From Cyanophora paradoxa CCMP329 (Eukaryota; Plantae; Glaucophyta): DNA of 64,000 bases. The position numbers and the translations under genes were made by a program. Position 1 is the stretch's first letter; each line of letters opens with the position of its first letter. Under the pieces are notes generated by a model. It had not been told where the DNA came from, made no database searches, and saw only the letters and a program-made list of their open reading frames with translations. Location of the stretch: NCBI GenBank assembly GCA_004431415.1, contig QPMI01000050.1, forward strand, positions 6,796 through 70,795. The letters run 5' to 3'. Shown here in pieces: positions 32,157-45,718 of the stretch.

Positions 32157-32503
32157 CTTGCTGCTTCTCGAAGTTCGCACTGGCCACCTGCTTTTGAAAC
32201 AGCTGTCAGAGACGAGGGATGCGATGAGATGGTGCGAGATTTAGGCGAGCGGCGGCGGGCCGGCGGTGGGTTCGGGCCGGCAGTTTGGGCGCTCGGCGGC
32301 CCAGGACTTAGGGAGCGCTGTTGCAGCGTGCGTTCTTGCGAACGGTACGCTTTCGAGTGGCGGGCGGCCGGAGCTGCGCGCACCTAGCCTGGCCCGACTG
32401 CTTGAATGGCGCAAGCGGTACCCCGGAAAGCGGCGCTCCCCTCTTATGCAGGGCCGCTAGCGCTGCACGAGCTCGCTTAGCAGCTTCAAGTGATCGAGCG
32501 GCG

Positions 32504-33781
32504 ATGCCGCTCGTCATGCTCACCGGCCCGCCGTGCTCGGGGAAGTCGCGGCGGGCGGCTGAGCTCGTCAAGGCGTTCACGGAGGCCGGCGCCTCGGTGC
32601 AGCTCGTGAACGAGGAGTCGCTGCTGATCGACCGCACGGTTACCTACCGCGGTACGCGCCGCGGGGCACTCGCGCTCGCTGGCTCGTACGGGTGAAGCTC
32701 ATCGGGCGCTCAGACTCCGAGGGCGAGAAGCACGCGCGGGGCCAGATCCGCGCGGCTGTCGAGAAGTATCTGAACAGGACGAATGTCGTCGTGGTGGACT
32801 CGCTCAACTACATCAAGGGCTTCCGCTACCAGCTCTTCTGCCTCGCTCGCGAGCATGAGACGCCCTCCTGCACGGTGCGCTGGCCGCACGGCTTCCGGCG
32901 CGCAGCGACCGCTTCCGAGGCTCACGTGCGGGGCTCGAAGCTGTTCTGCGACGTGGCAGAGGATGTGGCGCGCCAGTGGAACGAGATGCGCGAGGACGGC
33001 GCCAAATACACCGATGAAGCGTGCGCGGCGCGCGGCGCGCGGCGCGGGGGCCCGTTTCCATCGGGCGCTCACGTTCCGCGCAGGATCGACGGGCTGTACA
33101 TGCGCTACGAGCAGCCGGATGCGCGGAACAAGTGGGACGCACCGCTCTTCGTCGTGGCGCCCGGCGACCCGACGCCCTGCGCCGAGATCGTGGAGGCCGC
33201 GCTGCGCGGGAAGGCGGTTCGCTCCCTCCTCGCCACCAAGCCGGTGCCCTCCCTCCCGCTCGGGCTTCCCGCGCCGCTCAATCCGCGCCGCGACGCCGCG
33301 CAGGTGGTCATTCCCGACTCGAACTTCCTCCACGAGCTGGACAAGGCCACGCAGGCCCGCCCGCCCGCCCGACCGCCCGCCCGCATGGCGCCCGCCGCTC
33401 ACTGTGCCGCGCAGGAGATCGTCGACGCGCTGAACGAGGCGCAGCAGAGCGGCGCGGCCGGCCCCGGGGACCTCGTCCCCGTACCCCGCACCTCGGCGAG
33501 GATATCCTTTGGCCCGCACGCGCCCCTTCCGCACCTCTCTGCCGCCCCGCGCCGCCCTTGACGCCGGAGGGGGAACGTTCGCCTGGCGCGGCGGCTCCCG
33601 GTGCTGGAGCTCCGGCGCCTCCGCTCCGCCTTCCTCAAGATCGCGCAGGCGCGCCCCTTGTGCCCGCGCCGCGGCCCCGGCCTCTACTCGCCAGCTGACC
33701 GGGCCGCAGCTGAAGCCGCCCTCGGACATGGCCCTGCTGGGCTCCCTCTTCGTCGAGTACCTCAACACGCACGCCGACTAG
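32504..33781 (+). CDS. KTI12: KTI12 homolog (Elongator-associated), multi-exon
   Basis: MPLVMLTGPPCSGKS, DSLNYIKGFRYQLFC, RYEQPDARNKWDAPLF, NFLHELDKATQ, ELRRLR…F. Confidence 0.95.
33502..33576 (+). other. U12-type AT-AC intron in KTI12
   Basis: 5' ATATCCTTT, branch CCCTTGAC (33555-33562), 3' AAC; removal restores …TSAR|VRLARRLPVLELRRLR. Confidence 0.9.
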
Positions 33782-34391
33782 CCGGCGCGCCCGGCCCGGC
33801 CCGGCCCGGAGGCGGCGGCGGCGGCCGCGGCGCCAGGATTGCAACAGGAGGCGGAGAGCGGCAGGCAGGAGGCAGCCAGCGTCCCGGCCCGGGCGCCTGG
33901 TCCGAGCTAGTGCAGACCCTGGCCATGGCGCTCGCGTACCTCGGCCTTGCGCGAGCCCTCCGGTGCCCGGCCGGCGAGCCTGGAGCCGTCGATGTTGCAC
34001 CGTGGCGTCCCAGCCGTATACGTGCACCGGCCGCTTCCCGGAGTCCAAGAGGACATTGATTCGGCCCGGCTGCACAGGCTCATCGACTCGATCACGTGCA
34101 CGGCGCCGGCGATCCAGTACGCCCCGAGTGCACCAGCAACCGTCGTTGGCACCGGCGCAGATTCGATCGATCTGTGTTGTTTGTATGTCATGATCACTTC
34201 AGTGTACCATACTTAGCATACGGCACCATAATCTGCATAGACTACTACCGGTACTGTTGGCAGTTCTAGAAAAAGCGGATCCAAAAAAAAGCTCGAAAAA
34301 GCAACTGGTAACAACAAGCTCGGGCGAGGCAGGCCTAGGGGGGGCAGGAGGGGAGGGGGGAGGAGCCGGATGGGGGGGGGGTACGGTACTA

Positions 34392-35592
34392 CTACGCGTC
34401 CTCGCGGATGACGCCGAGGGCGGAGGGGTTGGAGAAGGGGCGGCGGGGCCCGCCCGCAGCGGCAGCGGCGGCGGCGTCCGCGGGGGCGACGCGGGATCGC
34501 CCGTGGAGAAGAGAGGCCAGCGAGTCCTTGAAGCGCCCCAGGAGGGAGCGCTCCTCCCCCCCCTTGAGGCTCGAGGCGGACGAGGAGGCCCGGGAGGAGG
34601 CTCGCCGCGGGGAGGCGCCCCCCACCGCTACGCCGCGGCCGTGCGCGTGCAGGCGCGGGTCGGCGACGGCGGCGGGGGCGGACTGGCGGCGGCCGGAGAG
34701 GAGGCGGAAAGAGAGCATGCGGGTGACGATGGCGCCGACGCTGGCGCGCTTCCTCAGCGGGCGGTGCGGGAAGCGGTACGGGTCGTCCTCGGGGTCCCTT
34801 TCCAGCGCAGCAGAGGGCGGCGCCCGCGCCGAGGCGGGGCCGCTCCGGGCCGAGTCCAGGGCATTCTTGCCTGCCTCGTCGAGGCCGACGGCCGAGCTCC
34901 GCCGCACGCCCAGCCGCTGGAACGCAGAGACGAGGATGCCGCGCTTCAGCGCCGGCCCGGCGCCCGTATGCTTCACCTCTCTGCGCGCGCCGCTCAGGAG
35001 GGCGCGGGGTTCCAAACGGCGCCCGGACCGGCGCACCTCCTCTCCACGCGAGCGCCGCAGCGCTTGAGCTTGGAGCGCACGCCCGTTCTCGTGAGCGTCT
35101 TCGACTCCAGCTTCGACGGGCAGACGGCGGCGTAGACGCTGCAGAGGACGCGGTTGGCGCCCTCCCCTTCGAACTCCTCGTTCGCCGTGTACTGCCCCGT
35201 GACAAACTCGTATCCGCACTTCCCGCAGGTGAACTGCCTTTGAGCCTTGACCACTCGCTCCTCGAGCGCCTGCCGGTCCAAGATTAGGCGGGTTGACGTC
35301 CAGGCAGAGCGCAGGGCGCAAGTGCAGGTAAGAGCGCATAGCGCACCTGCAGATCGAAGGGAATTCCGGCTCGTGGTGCCTCTTGTGCGACTGATGCGGA
35401 CGCCTGGCTGGCGTCTCTCGAACTCGCATCGCCGGACTCTCTCTCGCTGTTGCTGATGGTGTACACCTCGTCTTTGAGTTGCCTGTGTGTTGCAGCGGGT
35501 TCTAACGCCAAGGGGCTCACGCGCGCCGGAGAGGGAGCGACATTTTCGGGTCTAGGGCTGGGCGCCGGCTGTCCGCCCCCGTGCCGGCTCAT
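34392..35592 (-). CDS. Hypothetical host protein with CxxC…CxxxxxC zinc-binding-like segment
   Basis: Exons include FTCGKCGYEF…LCSVYAAVCP; exon structure uncertain. Confidence 0.45.
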
Positions 35593-35880
35593 CGAGAAGA
35601 CTATCTACTGTACTCCGCAGGCGCTATAGGCGCTCTGCTGTTCCGCTGTTCCGCCCTCGCGTCAAGCAATGCTTCTTTAGTCTGACGGGACAAGCTGGAA
35701 GGGCGAGATTCTCTGGGATTGGCGGCGGTGGGAAAGCGCCAATGCCGTTGTGTTGATTCAGCTAGCTCCTGGAGCCGTGCTGCGCGCGCTCGCGACCTCT
35801 TATCAGCTTCCGAGCGAGCGACACCTCACTATGCGCGTACCCCGCCAGGCTGGCAGTCGAAAAGGGGAAGCGCGGCTCGA

Positions 35881-38244
35881 ATGAAGCGCTCGCTCGATCC
35901 TTTCGCGTTCGATGATGACGATGAAGATGATAGCCCGCGCTTGCCCCGGCGCCTTTCCCCGTCGCCTCCAGCTGCAGCTCCCGCGCCGGCTGCCATCCCG
36001 CCTCCAGCTGCAGCTTCCGCGCCAGCTCCAGCACCCGCGGGTCTTCAGCCGGCTGCATCCGCGCAGGAGGATGCGTCCGCTCGCGCAGATGAGCCCGCGG
36101 AATTCGAAGCCAAGGACCACCGCGGCCTCATTGGCGATGGGAGCACGCGGCTGAGCTGGGTCGATCCATGCAGCGATCAATATATCCAACTTGCGCGTCG
36201 CGCGCCCGGTCCTGGCATGGCCGAGCGGGTCTCGCTTGTCCCTGCCCTCATTCGCGCGTATCGACTGGACCGCCATTTTCGGTGCGTACGTGTGCTCATG
36301 TGCGATATAAGCGCTCGTAGCTTACATCCGCGCCCGTGCAGCGTCCTGAACGACCCCCGGATGGCCTCGAGCTCGGATTTGAAGAGGTGCGCGAACTTGC
36401 GACCGGGGGAGCGGTCTGGGAGCTCAGAGAGCAGTCAGGTTCCACAGCGTGCAGTACGTGGACGCGCTTCGGCGGGGCGCGAACGGAAGCGCCCGCGCGG
36501 ATGACGAGGCGAGCCTCAACACACTGACAGACGACACGCCGCTGTTTCCAAAGCGCGCCGCCGCCGCCGCGTTCTTTCAGCGGCGCCGAGCTGAGGCGCC
36601 GCAGCCTGTGGCTGTACGTGCTGGCGCAGTGCGGGGCCACGCTGGCGGCGGCGGAGCAGCTCATCGCCGAGTCGCTGGCGACGGACGGCGCGCGCCGCGC
36701 AGTGGCGGTCTGCTGGGAGGGCGGGCGGCACCACGCGCGGCGGGACGGCGCGGCGGGGTTCTGCTACGCGAACGACGTCGTCCTCGGAATCATGTCCCTC
36801 CTAGATCGCTTTGAGCGCGTCCTGGTGCGCCTTTCCGCCCGCTGGTCGCGGGCTCAGCGTACCCCGCTCAGCCTTCCTTCCGCCGCAGTATATCGACATC
36901 GACATCCACCACGGGGACGGTACGGGTTCTTCCTTCCCTCCTTCGCCTCCGCTGGCCCACGACCGTACCCGCAGGGGTCGAGCGGGCCTTCCAGTGCTCG
37001 GACAAGGTCTACCCCCCTATCGCCACCCCCCCGCGGCCCGCCTCGTTGGCGTCGCGCTGAGGGTCGCCCGCCGCCGCGCCTCAGGTGATGACGCTCTCAA
37101 TCCACAAGCGCGCCTCGGGATTCTACCCAGGTACCGTACCCCCCGCCGAGGACGGGGCCGCTCAGGTGAAACCGCTCCCCTCAGGAACGGGCGACGTCAC
37201 CGACGTGGGCACCGGTGCGCCCGCGCCGCGGCCGCCCCTCCACTCGCGCCCCGCTCACAGTTCGAGGCAGGGCCCGGCAAGTACTTCGGTGCGGGCGCCG
37301 CCTCGGCCCCGGCCCCGGCCCCAGCCCCGGCCCGCCGCCCTCGCCGCTGAGCCAAGGGCGCCGGGCAGCGGTGAACGTTCCCCTGCGGGACGGCTGCGGC
37401 GACGCGCGCTACTGCGACGTGTTCGAGCGGGTCGCGGAGGCGGCGCGGGCCGCCTTCCGCCCCTCCGCCGTCGTCCTTCAGTGGTTCGTACCCCCCGCGC
37501 TTCCTCCATTCAATCCCTCAGGCCCGAATCTCAACCTTTCGCCGCAGCGGAGCGGATGGGCTTGCGGGGGACCCCATAGGCGCCGGCTTCAGCCTGACGC
37601 CGGCGGTGCGGGCCCGGAGCCTGCCCGACGCCGCCCGCCGCCGCCCGGCGCGCGTTGCGGCCTGAGCTCGGCCCTCACCTGTACCCCCTCGCAGGCCTAC
37701 GTCGCCTGCGTGCGGCGGGTCGTCTCGTGGAACCTCCCGACCCTCGTGCTCGGCGGCGGGGGGTACAACGCGCCGAACGCGGCCCGCTGCTGGGCGCAGG
37801 TGATGGCCGACCTCGCCGGAGTCGAACTCGCGGATCGAATCCCGGAGCACGACTTCTTCGATTCCTACGGGCCTGACTTCCTCCTTCGCGCGCCGCCGAG
37901 TCAGCGAAACTCATGTACCTCCGCATCGCCCCCCCCTCGCCTAAGCGTGCGGCGTGGCAGGGGTACGGCCCGACCTGAACGACGAGGGGTACGTCTCGTC
38001 CGTCGTGGGCGCGGCGCTGGAGGGCGTCGCGCGGGCGGGGCAGCAGCTGTGGGGGCCGGACGCCCCCTGCCCCCCGGGCCTGGCGGGTCCGCCGCCGCCC
38101 GAGCCGCGGGCCCTCGCCTCGCCCGTCCCGGCGGCCGACCTCGAGGCCCTTGGCGACCGCTCCGACACCCCCTCCCTGCCCCTTGATCCCCTCCCGCCCC
38201 CGCCCCCGCCCCCGCCCCCCGTCTCCTTCGGCCCCCCTCCGTGA
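35881..38244 (+). CDS. Class I histone deacetylase (HDAC8-like), many short introns
   Basis: GGRHHA…GFCYAND, YIDIDIHHGDG, SIHK…FYPGTG, VNVPL, GADGLAGDP, LGGGGYN, IPEHDFF…YGPDF. Confidence 0.92.
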
Positions 38245-38299
38245 CTTCGTGAAACCTTATCTCAGATGAGCGTTAGCTAGCTAGAGAAAGCTCTCCGAA

Positions 38300-40241
38300 T
38301 CAGATGTTGAGCATGAGGAACTCGTGGGCGATGGTGCGCATCTCGGGGTCGCTCTTGTGGGGCAGCATGCGCCCCAGGCCCGCCAGCTTCTCGCCCGGGC
38401 CCTGCCCTGCGGGAGCCTTCATCATGACCCGCACGACCTCGCCCTCCTCCTCCTTGGCGGCCGCCGCCTGCCCCTCCCCCTTCCCGGCCTCGCCCGCCGC
38501 CCCCGCCGGCGCATCCTCGGGCTCGGGCTTTGGCTCCCCGAGCTCAGCCGCTGCAATCGCCTCCTCCTCGTCGCTGTTCGCCGCCTCGCGCTCCGCTTCT
38601 TCCCCCGCTCCGTCCGCCGGGGCGTCCTCGGGCTCCAGGGCCGGCAGCGGCTCCGGGCTGGGCAGCGTCGCCGGGTCCGGGAACGCGAGGTCGGTCCCGA
38701 ACCAGGCCGGCTCCTCCTTTCCCGTGACGTTGCTGAACTTGATGTCCAGCTTCATTCCCTTCCTCCAGAGCCGAACTTGCGCCTCGTTCAGGTGGACGGC
38801 GCGGAAGAAGCGGAAGGGGGCCTCGGGGAGGTGAAGGGCGAAGTCCGTGCTGTTGAGGGCCTCGCCCTGGACCGCCTCGCTGAGGTGGAAGCCGTGCGAG
38901 AGCACGCGCTGCAGGGAGGCCAGCGTCCCGCCCGTCCCCAGCAGCCGTCCCATGTCCCGGGCCTGTTCGAGGTTCGAGGTTCGAGTTCTTCCAGGGGGAG
39001 GGGGGCGGGGCGGGGGGCGAAAATCGGCGCGCACGATGGAGCGGATGTATGTGCCCGGGCCGCACGTGACCGTGACGTCGACCTCGGGGTACTCCCCCTC
39101 GCGGAAGGCGTCGATGCGGAGGTGGTAGACGAGGACGTCACGCGGGGGAAGCTCCGGCAGCTCCTTCCCCGCCCTCGCGAGCTTGTAGAGCCGCTGCCCG
39201 TTCACGCTGATGGCGCTGTACGCCGGCGGGATCTGCTTCAGGTGGCCCACGAAGCGGGGTACGACCTCCTCGACCGCCGCGCGCGTCACGTGCGGGCACG
39301 GCTTCTCCTTCACCACCTTTCCGTCCAGGTCGTCCGTGTCCGTCACCACGCCTGCGCAGGGCGTACCCCTGGCTCGGACGGGAAACGGGGGTACGGCAGG
39401 ATAGGGGACGGCGAGTGGGTACCGAAGCGGATGGTGGCGCGGTACGCCTTCTCGGAGGGGAGGAAGCTGCGGGGGGGTCAGGGGGCGTCTCCGGCGGGGC
39501 CGGGCCGGGCGGGGTAGCGCACCGCAGCATTTTCGTCGCGCGGCCCACGGCGAGCGGAAGCACTCCCGTCGCCGCGGGGTCGAGCGTGCCGCCGTGGCCG
39601 ACCTAAGAGAGCAGCGTCACCGATTAGATTAGATCCCGATTAGATCGAGGCGCGCTGCCGCACCGCCTTCGTGCCGAGCATGCGGCGAACGAGCGAAACG
39701 CAATCGTGCGATGTCATGCCCTTCGGCTTGTCGAGATTCACGAAGCTGCGGCGCGAGGGCGTGAGGGGCACTCGCGATCAGGCGGGGCGGGCTGCCGCAC
39801 CCCATCTCTGTCTCGCCGAGCTTCGGCCTGCGCACGCAGACACGGGATCAGGGCCTTCGCGTCGCCCTGCAGCGCTGGGAGGCGTAGCTAAGCCGCGCAC
39901 CGGACCGGCTGCATCCCGAACAAGGCCTCCGCGGCCTCCGACTTCGGGGCGCGCTCCTTGCCCTTGCCGCCGCCGCCGCCACCGCGTCCGCGACCGCCGC
40001 GACCCCGCCCCCGCTTGCCACCGCTGCCCTCGCCGTCATGAAAGCGGCGCTTCTTGACGCCCTCCTCGCCCTCGCCGCCCATCTCCGATCGCGTCGTGAA
40101 CAGCGATCGCCTGAAAGCGCTCTCGCGCGTTTGCGCGACGCCGAAGGACTGCCAGAGGGGCCGACAGCTAGATTCCGAGAGGAACCGAAGTGCGGAGGAG
40201 GAGCGCCCGAGGATGCAGGGTGCGCTCAGCCAGGCGAGCAT
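38300..40241 (-). CDS. truB: tRNA pseudouridine(55) synthase TruB, cyanobacterial-type, with N-terminal transit-like peptide
   Basis: [71 protein letters not shown]. Confidence 0.92.
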
Positions 40242-40444
40242 ACGAGTGAGCTCGCTCACGCTAGTTGAGCTAGCCGTCAGCTGGGGTCCCGTCCTCGGCT
40301 TCCAGGCCGCTTGCTGTAAGGGGGGTATAGCCAAACCTTCGCTGTGGTCCGAAATACAAACGGTTGAGTCAGCCACCTCAGTAGGCGTCGGCCACCTCAG
40401 CAGGAGCTCGGGCCAGCTAGCTACAGCAGCCAGCGGCGTTCATC

Positions 40445-42376
40445 ATGGACCTCGCCGGCTACGATGCACTGAACCGGGCGCCCCCAGCAGTGCGGAAGGG
40501 ACTCGACCCGCTCGGGGGCCCCAGGGACCCTCTACGTGATCCTCTGGGTCCAAGAGACCCTCTGGCGCCCCGGGACCCGTTGGCGCCCCGTGCTGCAGGC
40601 GATTTGGCGGGGCTGCCTCCGGTTCGAGGCCAAACGGGGGGCAGCGGTGGCAATCGCCTCCCAGCGCTGGGCGGCGATTTCGACGATGTCAGGCCACCGC
40701 GCCCACAAGCATACGACGATAGCTACATGAGGGCGCCAGCCGCGAGTGATCCGCGATCCGTTTCTCCCTCTCGGCCGTCTCGCCCGGTAATCGCCCATCT
40801 TTCACGAGACACGTTCATCCCCAGTCGCTGACAGTGTGATCCGTGCAGCAGCAGGACTTGATTGCGGGCGACCGCAGAGCGCCGCCGGCCCCCGTCCCGC
40901 CCGCGCCGGCCCCGCACGCGGGGCACAGCAGCCAGGACGCGTACTCGCGGCCTCTGGACAACAGCATCGGCGGGCGCGATTCGAGAGACGCGTACTCGCG
41001 CCCCGATCCGATTCCCGTCCGCGACGCGAAGGACGCCAGCGCCCTGCGGATCAAATGCACGGCACGCGCCCGCCCGCCCCCGGCCCCGCGCGCCCGCCCT
41101 CGCGCCCGCTCGCCGCGGCTCAAGCCCGCTCGCTTCAGGTGTCGGGCGAGTTCGACCGGACGTCGGTGGGCGGCCCCGAGGCGAAGCACATCATGGGGGT
41201 CAACCCGCAGTTCCTGCTGCGCGCGCGCATGCCCACCAAGATCGCAATCCACCTGTGCTACCCTTCCTTCCCTTCCCATATTCGTGGACCCAGGCTTATC
41301 CGAGACCGCGCTCGCAGGAAGCTGAACCGGCGGGCGACCAAGGTCGGGCTCATCCTCCTCCGCGCCACGAACCGCGTCATGATCCTCGACGACGACATGT
41401 GCGCACATGTCGTACCCCCCAAAACTTCAACCCCCCTCTGATAAATTAACAACGGAACAGCACGCTGGATGCCTTCATGGGCTCCGGGGACTCGGCGACG
41501 CTGGAGTACAGCGTGCGAGACCAGGACAGGGACCACCTCGTCCTCCTCCCGCTCGCCACGGAGGAGGCCTCGTTCTCCCTGACGATCCTCTCCGAGGTAG
41601 GGCCGGGTCCCACCTGCTCCGCTTTCTCTCGCGGTTTCAGCGGTTCTTAAGCAGCCGTGCGGCAGGTGCGCGTCGAGGTGGAGCCGATCCCAGAGGTCCA
41701 GCCGCCCCCGGCCCCCGCCTCGCGGGCCCCCGCCGGGTTCGACGCGAACGCGGAGGTGCTCCAGCCGGTGGGCCAGAACCTCTCCAGCGTGTACAATTCG
41801 GGGTACCGCGTCGAGCTGCCCCCGGCCGACCCGCGCGCGGACGACTACCGGCAGCAGGCGCTCCAGGGCGTCCAGCAGCAACAGAGGGGCCACTCGTACG
41901 CCCCGCCGGCGGTGCACAGCCTCCCGGAGCCCGGCGGCGGGCACGGCGGGCCGAGGCCGCATGAGGCGCACCCGCAGCCGCAGCCGCACGGGGACGCCTC
42001 GGCGATCGCCCGCATGGAGGCGGAGATCCGGCAGCTCCGCGAGGTCGTCTTCAAGCAGAGCGAGCTCATCGGGGACCTGGCGAAGAGCCTGAAGCACAGC
42101 GACGCCTCCGGCGGGGGCGGGGGCGAGCAGTCCCGTCGCTGGTTCAAGGGCTCCGGGGGCAACCGGACGGCGCCCTCCTCGGAGGGCCACGAGCGGCACG
42201 AGCACGAGCGCGAGCACAGCCGGGAGCACAGCCGCGACCGCGGGCACGATCGCGACGGCCACGGGGGCGGCCACGGGCACCACGGGCACCACAGCAAGAA
42301 CGAGGACAGCCGGCACGGCAACGAGACGCCGGCGCCCTCCTCCAAGGGCGGCTCGAAGGCCTGCGTCATCTCCTAG
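40445..42376 (+). CDS. Hypothetical host protein, multi-exon (coiled coil, His-rich, C-terminal CVIS CaaX-like)
   Basis: Codon-biased exons from MDLAGYDALN… to …SKACVIS*. Confidence 0.55.
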
Positions 42377-42724
42377 GGATCGAGCCAACTAGATCTAGAT
42401 CTAGCTAGCGCTCTGCAGCCGCGGCTGCAGCTGGTGGTAGCTTATATCCGGGCGCCGCCCGGGCCCCGGCCCGACCCCGCGCTCGCGCGTGCGCGCGCGC
42501 GTCTTTTACTTTATTGTAACGTGTGTGCATCCCCGTACCGGTATGTCTCCATGCAGTGTACGACATTCGAATACGCGAATTCGAAATTCGCATTGCACAC
42601 ACTCAGAAAAATGACCCAAGCACGCAAAATTAAACTAGAACGTGTACGTATACGACATCGATGATGATTGTGCGGGGATACAGAACGAGGGCTCCGCTCT
42701 AGCCGCAGACAGCTACGGCCACGC

Positions 42725-45210
42725 CTACTTGAGGAGGTGCTCGCGCATGGGGATGACGAGCTGGTCGTCGTCGGTGATGGAGACGCGGTGGAGGCGCCCC
42801 TTGAACTTGTACTCCACGACGAGGAACTTCGGCTTCTCGGGCGCCGGGTCGTAGAAGCCCAGCAGCGAGGCCTTCGAGCCGGGGTACAGGTGCAGCTGGC
42901 TGTTCTCCACGAGGTTCATGCAGGGGACCGTGACGTCGATGCGCTCCTCGGAGGCGCCGGCGGCGGGGTCGTTGAGGTCGCCGTGGAGGTGCCCGTAGAT
43001 GGCGCGCTCGATGACGAGCCCGCGGACGCTCTCCTCGCGCCGCCGCTTCTGCTCCACCGAGTCTTCCATGAGCTTTACCGCGACCTGCGCCTCCCGCTTC
43101 GCCTCGCCCGACGAGGAGGGCGCCGGCTCCGCCGCCTTCGCCTTCTTCGCCATGTGCGCCCGCTTCATCGGCTGCGGGGCGCGCGGATCGGACGGAAGAA
43201 GGCGCAGCGGCGGCGGAGGCGCGGGCGCGCGCACCGCCAGCACTGTCTTCTTGACGAGGGCGGCGAGGGCGGCGGGGACGAGCAGGCCTCCCGCGATCGC
43301 CAGGGGCGCCAGCTGGCTCGAGATGTAGACCTGCGGGGGGTACGTGAGGCTCGGGCGGGGAGGCGTTGGCCGGGGGGTACGGGGCGCACGGGGAAGATGA
43401 ACCGAGAGCCGCCCCGGACGAACCTGCGCGGGGCGGGCTCGGCTCGGGGCGAGCAGGGGGCGGGGAGGGGTACGGCGGCGGCGCACTTGAGCTTCGCGGA
43501 GACGCCGCCCATGCCGCAGACGAGGGAGTAGGAGACGGAGGTGCGGGGGCTGAGCTGCCGAGAGCCGCCCGTCTCGATCTCGACGCCCCGCAGGTTCAGC
43601 TTCAGGCCTGCCGGGGCGCGAGCGCGTCGGTCGGTCGGTCGGGATCGCACGCCGGTCCCGCGGGAGGCGCCGGAGGGCGGGGGCGGGCGGGCGGGCGGGG
43701 GAGCCGGACCGATCATGACGGCGGATAGCCGCGAGATCAGCCTGTTGTATTTGAACGCCGTACCCATCGCCAGCGCGCCGAGCTGCCCCGCGCTCGAGTG
43801 AGCCGTGCGGGGGGCGGCGGCGGCGAGCGTGCGGCTCGGTCGGGTGGGGCGCGCGCCTTCATCACAGCGTTGAGCTGGCTCTGGATGGATCGGCGCGAGT
43901 ACGAGAGGGAGAGGCCTGCGCACGGAGCGCGGGGAGTCCTTCAGAGGACGCCCAATCCAATCCCAAGCGCCAGCCAGCCGGCCGGCCGGCCAGTCGAGCG
44001 GGGCGCACCGGCGCCGTTGCCGACGGTGAAGGACCAGGTCCCCGAGGTGCTCTCGCCCAGCTGCCGGATGGCCACGACCGTCATGCCGATGCCGTTGCCG
44101 AACGTCACGAGGAACTGGCCGACGCTGCGGGGCGGGCGGGGGCGGCTCAAATCAAATCACAGGTACGCGAGGAGCGGATGCGGGCGGGCGGGCGGGCGGG
44201 CCTGTGGAGGGACAGGTTGCGCTGGCCCTTAAAGCTGAAGCCACTGGCGAGGCGGGACCACGTGACGGTGACCTCGCCGTGCGAGCTGCGCCCGAACTGC
44301 CGCCGGTACGTCGACTGCAGGCTGTGCATCCCGTCCGAGTTCTTGTCGTTCATCACGCCCGCCCCGAGGATCAGCAGGTCCCTCCTAGAGATCGGCATCT
44401 GGACGTCGAGCTCCGCGCTCGAGCGGGTCACGATCGGCGCCCCCTTCCTCGCGTCCAGACTCAGCGTGAAAGTCCCGTGCTGGTTGAGCCGAGCCTCCAG
44501 CTGTTGCTCCGCCGCCTTCTGCTCCTTCTCGAGCCGCATCTTAAGGAAGTCGTCCACGCTCAGGTGCGGTCCGACTGCGCGGGCGGCGCGACTGCGTCAG
44601 CTTCGGCGGGCGGACGCGGCTGGCGGCGGGGGCGGGGGCGGCGGCGGCACCTTCCATGCCCGCCTTCAGGCCGTCTTCACCGAAATGATGTTAGCTACGT
44701 CAGCATCTGTGGGGCGCGGCGGTCCGCACCGTGGCCGAAGCGGTCGTAAAGCTCGCGGCGGTTGGCTAGCGCAGGCTTTAGCTGAGGGAGCAAGCTCGAG
44801 GGGGCGCACGCACGATCGGAGAGCACGCCATACGCATACTGGATCTTGTGGAACTCCGCAGTGGCGAGCTCCTTCTTCTGCTCGTCTAGGTGCCTGCGCG
44901 AGGATCGACCAAGAGGCATGTATACAGAGCGAACCGCGCTTCACCTGTCGGGGTGGTGCGACAGGACGATCCTCCTGTACGCAGCTTTGAGCTCGTCCGC
45001 CGTGGCTGCGCGGAGGCGCGCCTCGTTAGCTAGGAGCGCTCGAGCAGTGGAGCGGCGCACCATCCTTTCGGACGCCGAGGACGTCGTACAGATCCTTTGG
45101 GTGCGCGCCGGGCTCAGGCAAAGCGATTCGCAGTGATCCGCGGCGCGGACTGACGCACCTTCTCTTGCGCAGCGCCCGTCATATCGCGGGTCCGCGCCGC
45201 GTCTCCTCAA
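42725..45210 (-). CDS. DNAJC11: DnaJ homolog subfamily C member 11, multi-exon; start uncertain
   Basis: J-domain (LYDVLGV, ELKAAYRR…HPDR, AYGVLSD) and C-terminal GLVIERAIYG…IDVTVP…LLGFYDP…L.VEYKF domain. Confidence 0.88.
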
Positions 45211-45718
45211 CGAGCAGCCACGGCAGCGAACTCCGATTCTGCAGCTACACAGCCAGAAAAAGAAAACCGAGGAGGCCCGCTTGATGACTCGAGGTCTGCT
45301 CTTCTCGCTCTGTACCCGGCCAAGCTAGACCCCACAACTTGCCGCAGTGCCAATTGCAAGCTTTGAAGGCGCTTAAGCTTTAATTTGCAACGTTAACGTT
45401 AACGCCTGAGCTTATTGTCAACTCCGTGACATTGTAGCGAGCTTCTCACGTCAGCTCTGAACCTTAACACCCTCAGTTCGAACTGAAAGTCAGTTCGAAC
45501 AATTGCAAGGTCAGCAAGATGTTACCACAACATCGAATCAAAGAATTGAACACGTTAGAATCGAAGTGAGAGCGGGAGAGTTAAAGCAACATTTTTTAGC
45601 ATTGAATACATGCATGTACAATCAATCTTCTTAACTGCAATCTAAATACTGCCAACTAGTACTCTCTGCGATTGGGTGGATGCGGGAAAAATGAGAAAAA
45701 GCTCATGATAGCGGATGC

